A stretch of 64,000 nt of DNA from the NCBI GenBank assembly GCA_014905635.1, contig JABVCE010000002.1, forward strand, positions 2,232,001 through 2,296,000, written 5' to 3'. The DNA comes from Scenedesmus sp. PABB004 (taxonomy: Eukaryota). Below, piece by piece: positions 56,087 to 64,000 of this stretch. Under the pieces are notes generated by a model that worked only from the letters and a program-made list of their open reading frames with translations, was not told the DNA's origin and ran no database searches. Position numbers and translations under genes: made by a program. Numbering within the stretch: position 1 is the first letter of the stretch; each line of letters opens with the position of its first letter.

Positions 56087-57735
56087 ATGGCGTTCGCCAG
56101 CGGCAAGGCGGAGCTGATGGCGGGGCGCGCGCGGCAGTACGTCGAGGCGTGGGGGCGCGGGCCGGCCGCCAAGGCGGAGCTGCAGGAGCTGCTGCACCCG
56201 GGGTGCGTCTTCAAGGCCGACGGCGTCGTCTCGCGCGCCGACGCGCACGGTGCGCGCGGGCCGCGCAGCGCACACGCTCGCTGGCCGCGCGCCGCGCCGC
56301 GCCGCGCCCAGCGGGCGCGCGCGCGCGCAGGCGCGCCGGCCATCCTGGCCGCGATGGAGGCCTCGCACGCGCGGTACGAGCACGTCACGTACCAGGTCGT
56401 CGCGGCCGCGGTCAACGAGGACGAGCACGTCGCGTTTGTGGGCGTCGCGTGGGAGTTCAAGAGCGTCGGCCCGCCCGCGCCCGGTCGCGAGGCGACTGGC
56501 CGGTGCGCCGCGCGGCGGCGCGCGGCGGCGGCCCGCGCGCGCCGGCCTGCGCGCTCACGCTCGGCCATCAAACACCAATCCTCGCAGGACCTCGCGCGGC
56601 TTCAGCATCAAGCAGCTCACCTTTGACGCCGCGAGCGGCCGCATCACGCACGCGCGCGTGAACCGCCAGCTCACCGCGGAGGAGCGCGAGACGCTGCTGC
56701 GCCCCGGCGCACGCTGCCAGCCGGCCGACGTGTTCGGCGACGTGCTGCCCAAGCTCGGCTGGGGCGCGCATGACGCCGCGACCGCGGGCAAGGTGCGGCG
56801 GCGCCACACGCCTGGCTGGCGCACCCTCGCGCGGCGTGCGCTGGTCGGGCACTGACCGCGCGCCCCGCCCGCCCAGCCGTGCACGCGGCGGCAGGCAGTG
56901 GACGAGGAGGGCGTCGCGTCGTGCATGGCCCAGAGCCTGATGACGTGGGAGCACTGCTGGAGCAGCGACGCCGACCTGGAGCAGCTCGACAGCGGTGCGG
57001 CGCGCGGCGGGGCGGGGCGCGCGCGCGGCCGCCGCCCGCAGCCAGCTAGCTGGCTGCAGCCGCCGGCAATGCATCGCCGCCATCGCCGGTCATGATCGGG
57101 GCCCGCGCGCCCCGTGCAGTCCTCGACCCCGCGGTGCTGGCCTACGACGGCTACGGCCTGCACGCCGCCGCTGACAAGCCCGACCGCGAGGGCCACGCCA
57201 TCAGGCGCGCGCGCGCGGGCCCCGTGGCGCGGCGCCCGCCCGCCCGCCTGCCTGCCCGCCCGCCGCGGCTCGCACACTCTCGACGGCGCCCGCGCCGCCG
57301 GCACGCGCGCGCGCGCAGCCTGATGGGCGCCGCCGACGCGGCCGCGGCCATCCGCGAGCTGCACCGGCGCTTCACCGACCGCAACAAGCTGCTCGCGTTT
57401 GCGGTCAACCCTGAGATGCGGGTGCGGCCCGCGCGGCGACCGCCTGGGGCGACCCCTCACCCGCAGCCTGGGGCGGGCGGGCCTCGTCGGACGCGCGCGC
57501 CGCCGCCGCCGCCGCCGCCCCGCGCCGCCGGCGCCTGCAGGTGGCGTTTGACGCGTGGGAGGGCGACGCGCGGCCGCGCGGCGGCGGCGGCGGCGGCGGC
57601 TTCACCGCGCGCGGCGTCGACATGCTGCTGTTCAGCGCCGACGGCCGGCGCATCACCACGCTCGTGCAGTTTGACATGCAGCCCTACGCGGGCGTGCTCG
57701 TTGGTGACAGCGCGCCGGCCGGCAGCAACGGGTGA
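56087..57735 (+). CDS. Tandem SnoaL/NTF2-like domain protein, about 7 exons
   Basis: Two similar halves: YVEAW..LQELLHPGCVF..GAPAI..AAVNEDEHVAFVGVAW..LTFDAASGRIT and WEHCW..LDSVLDPAVL..GAADA..AFAVNPEMR|VAFDAW..LLFSADGRRIT. Confidence 0.7.
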
Positions 57736-58123
57736 GCGGCCGGGTCGTCGGCGCGCTGCGGTGCGCGGGGGAGTGCGGCCCGCGGCGCGAGTTGAGAGTT
57801 GAGAGAGCAACGCCAGCCGGTTGTGTGTGGCCCGCTCGCTGGGACGGCAGCTGGCGCGCGGCAGCCAGCAGCACGCGCGCCCGCACACGGCGGCGGCGGC
57901 AGCGGCAGCAGCAGCGGCGGTTGGCGCGCGCCGGCGCTCGGCCGCCGCCGCTCGGCCGCGGCTCGCCGCGGTGCAGCTGTCGCCGGGAGCGGGGCGGCGA
58001 TCGCCTCGGCAGGGCGGGGGCCCCGGCAGTGACGGCGGTTTACAGGAGCGCCCGCTGGAGTGCCCCCGCTGCGATGGCTCGCCCCCGCGCGCCGCGCTCC
58101 CGGGCGGCCACAGTCGCGGCGCC

Positions 58124-60377
58124 ATGTACAACCAATACCGGCCTCCCGGCGGCTCGGGGGGCTTTGGCGGCCCCCCGCCCCCGCCGTTTGGCGGGGCGCC
58201 GGCGCCCGCGTATGGCCAGTTCGGTGGGCCTCCCGCGCCGTCCTACAGCAGCGGCCCGTCCTCCAGCGGGCCCGCCAGCCAGTCACACGACGACAAGCTG
58301 TCGAAGGTGAAGGATCCGCTGCTCTCGGCGGTCCGCTGGCTCAAGACGCGCTCGCCGAAGGAGAAGTTGGCGCTGGGCTGCGTCGCCGGCTTCGTGGTGC
58401 GTGTCGCGGGGCCGCGGTCGGGCGGAGCGGGGCCCCGGCCAGCCCCCGGGCGCGGCGCCGGGACCGCCGGGGCGCCGCAGGCGCCGGCAGCGGGCGGGGC
58501 AATCACCCCATCGTCTGCTGCCCCACCCGCCAGGCGCTGCTGGTGATGTGGCGCACGATCGAGGACCACGACACGCTCTTCGTGCTCGCGGAGGTGGCCC
58601 ACTTCGTGGGCATCGGGCTGCTGGGCTTCAAGATGTACAGCAAACGCTCCGCCGCGGGTGCGCGCCGCTGCTGCCGCCGCCGCCGCTGCTGCCGCGCGCC
58701 GGCGGGCGCGCGCGCGCGCCGCGGCGGCGGCGGGGCCTCCGTCCCCGCGCTCGCAGCAGCAGAGCAGCAGCAGCAGCAGCAGCAGCAGGCGCGGCGCGGC
58801 GCCGGTCGAGCGAGCGCGGCGCAGCAGCGGGCGCGCCGCAAACCGCCTGCGGCAACCGCCGGCGCCCGGCCGCGGCCCGCCCCGCGCAGGGCTGTCGATG
58901 CAGACGCAGATCCTGACCATGCTCTTCCTGGTCATCCGGCTCTACTGCAGGTCCGGCCCCGGCCCTGGGGGGCGGGCGGGGCGCCGCTGCACGCGCCGCG
59001 CGCGCCCCCGCCCACCCACGCACCTCACACCCGCCGCACCACCCTTCACAAACCCCAATCACCCTCTCACACACACACACACGCACACCGCCCAGCTTCA
59101 TGATGGAGTACGACATCCACACGCTGCTCGACGCGCTCACGCTCGCCGCGACCGCGGGCGTCCTCTACGCGCTGCTGCTCACGCCCATCAAGAACACCTA
59201 CCAGGCAGACCTCGACAGCGTCAAGTTCTACTACGTGGTGCGTGGAGCGGCGCAGCGGCGGGGGGGGGGGGGCGGCAGGGCGCGGCGCAGCGGAGCGCGG
59301 GGCGGCGGGGCGCGGCAGCGGGCGAGGGGGCGGGGAGCAGCCGGCGGCCGGCTGGTGGCAGCGGCGGCAGCAGCCGGCTGGCGGCAGCGGCGCCGTCGGC
59401 GGACAGCAGCGGCGGCGGCGCAGCAGCAGCGTGGCGCACGGCCGACCCCGCCCGCCCCGCCCCCGCGCGGCGCCCCCACGTGCCGCGCCAGGTGGTGCCC
59501 TGCCTCGTCATGGCCGCGATCGCCCACCCCTTCACCTCCCACTGGATGGTCTTCCGGGTGCGCCGCCGGTGGCGCTCGCCGGTGGCGCTCGCACGCCCGC
59601 GCCCGCGCCTGCAGCCGCGCCTGCAGCCGCGCATCGGGGCCGCCCGCACGGCCGCGCCCGCCGACGCGCCGCGCCCGACGCGCCGCGCCCGCGCCGACGC
59701 GCCGCGCCGCCGCCCGCTGCCGCGGCCGCGCGCAGATCCTGTGGGCGGTGTGCGTGTACCTCGAGGCGGTGAGCGTGCTGCCCCAGCTGCGCATGATGCA
59801 GAACAGCAAGGTCGTCGAGCGCTTCACCGCGCACTACGTGTTCTGCCTCGGCCTCTCGCGCTTCTTCAGCTGCGCGCACTGGATCCTGCAGGCGCGCCGC
59901 CGCCGCCGCTGCAGCGGCCGCCGCCGCCGCCGCCGCCGCGCGCCTCGCTGCCGCCCGCTCCTCCCCCGCGCGTCCGCGCCCGCGCCCACGCCGACGCCCG
60001 CCACACTGCACTCGCCCCCGCCGCCGCAGCTGCTGGAGGGCAACCGGTACCTGCTCAACGCGCTCGGCAGCGGGCTGTGGCCGGTGATGGTGCTGCTGAG
60101 CGAGATCGTGCAGACCTTCATCCTCGCAGACTTCTGGTGCGCGCGCGGGGGGGGGGGGGGGGGGGGCAGACGCATGGGAGGGCCCGGCACCGCTGCGCGG
60201 AGGACCGGGCTCGCGGCCGCGCGCCGCGGCAGCGCGCGGACCGCCCGCCAACCGACTGCCAACCGACTGCCCGCCAACCCCTCTTCGCCCCTCCCTCTGC
60301 CCCCCGCCAGCTTCTACTACGTCAAGTCCTACGCCGAGGGCTCCGGCATCGTGCGGCTGCCCGCGGGCATCGTCTGA
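58124..60377 (+). CDS. ER lumen protein-retaining receptor family protein (ERD2-related long class)
   Basis: IEDHDTLFVLAE, GLSMQTQILT, SFMMEYDIHTLLD, YLEAVSVLPQL, FTAHYVFCLGLSRFFSCAHW, EIVQTFILADF. Confidence 0.93.
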
Positions 60378-60435
60378 GCCGGCACATCTGCGCGCGCGCG
60401 GAGCGCCCGCGGCGGCCGCAGCGGCGGCCGCGCGG

Positions 60436-60468
<33 letters not shown>

Positions 60469-61074
60469 CGCGGGAGCACGGGGTGGGGCGGGGGCGGGCG
60501 GGCGGGGGAGGTTGGCGGGCTCTCGGGACTGCGGGTTGGGGCGGCGGCGCGGTGCGCGGCGCGGGCGGCCGCCCCATTTTGATCATCGAGGTCTGAGGCC
60601 GCCGGCGAGTCGCTGCTGCCCGTCGCATCAGCGCGCCGCCACTCGCGCCCCGGGCCTCCCGCCCGTCCGTCACCGCACTCCGGCCCTGCACGCCCACGAC
60701 CCTGCGCTCGCCCACGCACCGTCCCGAGACCGCAGCAAGTGCGTGATGCCAGCATGCGCACACCGCGCATTCTGCGGCCCGCGCGCGCGCGGGTTGTGCG
60801 CGTCGGGCTTGCACGATCTGCGGGCCGGATGCACGCAGGCGCCGCTGCACAGGGGGCCGCGGGAGGCCGAACGCGGGCTGCGCGATGGCCGCGCCCGCCA
60901 CGCGCCCCTGGGCCCCCCGTCTCACGCGCGCGCCGCTCCTGGCGCGGTTTCGGCGGTCGCCGCGCCCGCTGAGGTGATCTGCCGCGCGATCTGCCGCGCC
61001 CTGCCGACCGCGCCGCCGCGTGCTGCCCGCCGCTGCTGCGCGCCGAGCAGGCCGCCCGCATCTCCTTTCCAGCC

Positions 61075-61448
61075 ATGGCCAACCGCCCGGTCGACGCGGC
61101 GGTGAAGAAGAGCGTCAAGGGGGTGCGGCGGCGCCGCGCCGCGTGCGCGCTGCGCTGCGCCCGCTGCCGCCGACGAGCGCTGCCGCCGACCGCGCGTTTT
61201 GCGCGCGGCACACAGGAGAAGTACATCGATGACGAGGAGTACAACCAGAACAAGATCCTGCTCGGCCTCGGAGCGACGCTGATCGCCATCGGCGCGCCAC
61301 TGCTCGGCATCGCCGCCAAGAAGGTCGACACGGGTGCGCGCGCGCTGCGAGCTGCACGCTGCGGCGAGCGACCCGCCTGTGCGCGCCCGCCCACCGGCCT
61401 GCCGCCCCCGTCGCCCCGCCGCCCGCAGCGCGCAAGCAGCGCAAGTGA
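61075..61448 (+). CDS. About 61-aa single-TM microprotein, 3 exons
   Basis: MANRPVDAAVKKSVKG|EKYIDDEEYNQNKILLGLGATLIAIGAPLLGIAAKKVDT|ARKQRK*, with GT-AG introns 61123-61215 and 61334-61428. Confidence 0.65.
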
Positions 61449-61566
61449 GCGCGCCGGCCGCGGCGCGGGGGAGTTGAGCGCGCGCGCGTTGAGGCGCGGC
61501 GAGGGGGGCGGCGCGGCGAGTAACATGCGCGCGCCGCGCCCGCCGCCGCGCCCCGGCCCCGCGCTG

Positions 61567-64000
61567 CTACTCCGCCGCGCCGAGCGCGCCGGCCGCCGCC
61601 GCCTCGGCCGCGGCGGCTGCGGCCGCCGCCGCGAGCGCGGGCGCCTGGCTGCGCCGCGCGACGTCAATCACCGCGTCCAGCTTCGAGCGCTCCGCCGCGG
61701 CGGCGGCGCCCGCGACGCCGCCGGGCGGGCAGCCGCGGCGCAGGTTGGGGCTGAGCTTCAGCGCCGTCACCGTGCCGCGGCTGTCGCCGACGAGCAGGAT
61801 GGGCTGGCTCGGGTTGAACGCGAGCCGCGTGAGCCGCGCCTTCTTGGCACACTGCGGGGGCGGGCGCCCGGCCCGGCGGGCGTCGGATGGTGCGCGTTCG
61901 CGCTCGGGCGCCGACCGGCGCGTGCTGCGCGCGCCGCGCGGCGCACCTTTTGCGCGCAGAGCGGGAGCTGCCGGCTCTGGGCGAGGTCAAACACGTGCAC
62001 GCGGCCCTCGTCGGTCACCGCGGCGAGCACGGTGGAGCTGAACGGCGCCCACGCGACGTCGCCGACCGCGGCGCCGAGGTCAAAGCTCAGCAGCGGCGCG
62101 CGCGCCTGCGCGACGTCCCACACCTGCGCCGCGGCGCGGCGCGCGGGCGCGCGGGCGCGGCCGGCACGCTCGGTCGCCGCCGCACACGGGCCCGCCCGCC
62201 GGGCTGCGCGCGCCCGCCCGCATGCACTGCCTCCTGCACGCGCTGCCTCCCCGCGCTACCTCCCCGCGCCGCGCCGCGCCTTGACGCTCCAGTCGGCGCT
62301 GCACGACGCGAAGAGCCCCGGGTGCAGGCCGTTCCAGCGCACCGCGTAGACCGGCATCGCATGCCCCGCGTAGCTCGCGGCGTAGTCGCTGCCGTAGGCC
62401 TTGGAGCACGCGTGGATGGCGCCCTCCTCGGTGCCGACCAGGTACGACTGCTCCCGCCCCGCCGCCGGGCAAAAGTCCATGCACAGCCCGCCCACGACGT
62501 GCTGCGCCGCGGCCGGCTCGGCGCCTGCGCCGCCGACGCACCCGTCGGCGCCCGCCGCGCTGGCAGCGCCTGCCGCCGCGGCCGCCGGCGCCGGCGCGAC
62601 GGGCGCGGCACCGCCGCTGCTGGACAGCGCCGCGACCGCGGCGACGCCGCCGCCCGCAGCGCGGTCCTTGGTGCTGGACTGCAGCCGCATCAGGCGCTCC
62701 GGCAGCAGCTCGCACTTGGCGAGCGTCCAGAGCGTCACGTCGCCGTCGCTGGAGATGGAGGCAAAGGCCAGCGTCTTCTGCAGCTCGTCCGGCTGCCGGC
62801 GTGGCGCGGCGCGCGGACGGGCGGCGGCGGCGCGCCCGCGCGTCGGCCAGCCGGCTGGGCGTGCGGGCGGACGCCGCTGCGCGCGCAGACAGAGCCGACG
62901 GGCCCCGCCCCGACCGCCGCACCTGCCAGACGACCTGCCACACGGGATCGGAGTGCTTGCGCCCCGTGGCCGCCGTCGTCGCGAGCGGCGCGTCGCCCCG
63001 GGCGCGCACGTCGTACACGGCGACGCTGCCGTCGTAGCACCCCACCGCGAGCAGGTTGGCAAAGGTGGGGTGGAAGTGCAGCGCCATCACGCCTGCGCGC
63101 ACCGCGCCCATCCGCGGGGTCAGAGAGGGCGCGGTCAGCGCGGCGCAGCACGGTCAGAGCGCCCCGCCGGCCGCCGCGCCGCGCACCCGACGGCGTGGCG
63201 ATGGTGCGCTCCGCGTGGGAGGGGTTTTTGAGGCTGAAGACGCTCACCGCGCCGCCGCCCTGGCGCTGAAAGTTGAAGCTGCCGTACGCCGCCGCAAACT
63301 GGTCCGCGTAGCCGCTGCTCCACGCGAGCGCGGTGACGTGCTTGCGCCCGCGCTCGCACCGGAACTGCCACAGCGGCAGCAGCGAGCCCTCGCCCGGCCT
63401 GGCGCGGTCGGCGGCGCGCGGCGCGGCCGCGGGCGGCGGTCGGCCCGCCGCCGCCGCCGCCGCCCGCCGCCGCTGCGGCCGCAGCGCGCGCGCCAGCGGC
63501 GCGCGGCGGCTGCCGCCGCCGGCCCGCCCGCCCGCGCCGCCCCGCCCGTTTGCTGTGCGGCGGCGCACTTGAGCGCGTCCGAGGTGTCCTCCCAGTACTT
63601 GTAGTCGAGCGCCACGTCAGCAAAGGTGTTTTGGTTGACCATGCGGTCCAGGATGCGCAGCCCGTCGAGCAGCCCCGGCGCGCGCGCCCACGCGTCGCCG
63701 CCCGCCGCGGCGGCAGCGGCTGCAGCGCTGCCGCACGCGAGCGCGCCGCCGCTGCAGCTGGTGCCGGCACCGGCGCCGCCGCCGCCGCCGCCAGCCGCCG
63801 CGCCGGGCGCCGCGCCGCCGCCGGGCGCGGGCTTCTTGCCCGCGGCGCGCTGCTTGGCGGCCTCGTCGGCGCGCTGGCGCTCAAAGTCCCGCACGTACTC
63901 GTCAAACATCTCACGCATCGAACATGAGCCTGGGCACGCGCCGGGCGGCGGCGGGGGCGGCGGCGGGGGCTGTCGGCGCCCGGCGGCGCCCGCGGCGGCG
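61567..64000 (-). CDS. DNAI1: Axonemal outer-arm dynein intermediate chain 1 (IC78/ODA9/DNAI1 type); 5' part lies beyond the window
   Basis: ILDRMVNQNTFADVALDYKYWEDTSD, SLLPLWQF, FSLKNPSH, KHSDPVWQV, LVGTEEGAIHACSKAY, SADWSVK|VWD, LKLSPNLR. Confidence 0.92.

Noticed and set aside
1..64000. Hundreds of long overlapping Ala/Arg/Pro/Gly-rich ORFs on all frames
   Set aside because: Expected from stop-codon scarcity at very high GC. They are antisense or off-frame shadows of the spliced genes and carry no independent motifs.
1..64000. Introner-like repeated introns
   Set aside because: Introns share only low-complexity GC content and generic splice signals. The only alignable pair is the homologous intron of the two subtilases.

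Overview
Very GC-rich, gene-dense eukaryotic nuclear DNA with many short (about 80-250 nt) GC-rich spliceosomal introns. It is most consistent with a chlorophyte green alga (inferred from PRORP, plastid-type transit peptides, a mastigoneme-like protein, outer-arm dynein IC, TGTAA signals and TTTAGGG-like motifs); the species cannot be fixed from this window. Most entries in the ORF track are GC-driven artefacts. Manual exon stitching gives about 22 genes: pyruvate dehydrogenase kinase, PRORP, two hypotheticals, fructokinase, bacterial-type RNase HII, DUF4112, a ricin-B-like lectin, a PP2C with a nested antisense gene, a PqqL-like M16 protease, two head-to-head subtilases, a VOC protein, a methyltransferase with CCCH and CCHC fingers, an NAD(P)-binding/CIA30 protein, an MST1-like Cys-rich protein, a WD40 inositol 5-phosphatase, YdcF/DUF218, a tandem SnoaL-like protein, an ERD2-like receptor, a 61-aa membrane microprotein and a partial DNAI1/IC78. 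Most notable: the intron-nested antisense gene, abundant GC-AG introns, two families of duplicated intergenic cassettes (one forming inverted repeats around a 7.5-kb two-gene block), a TAA-ATG junction into PRORP, a PRORP apparently lacking its zinc ligands, and gene conversion plus intron turnover in the subtilase pair. All gene models are read by eye and their ends are approximate.
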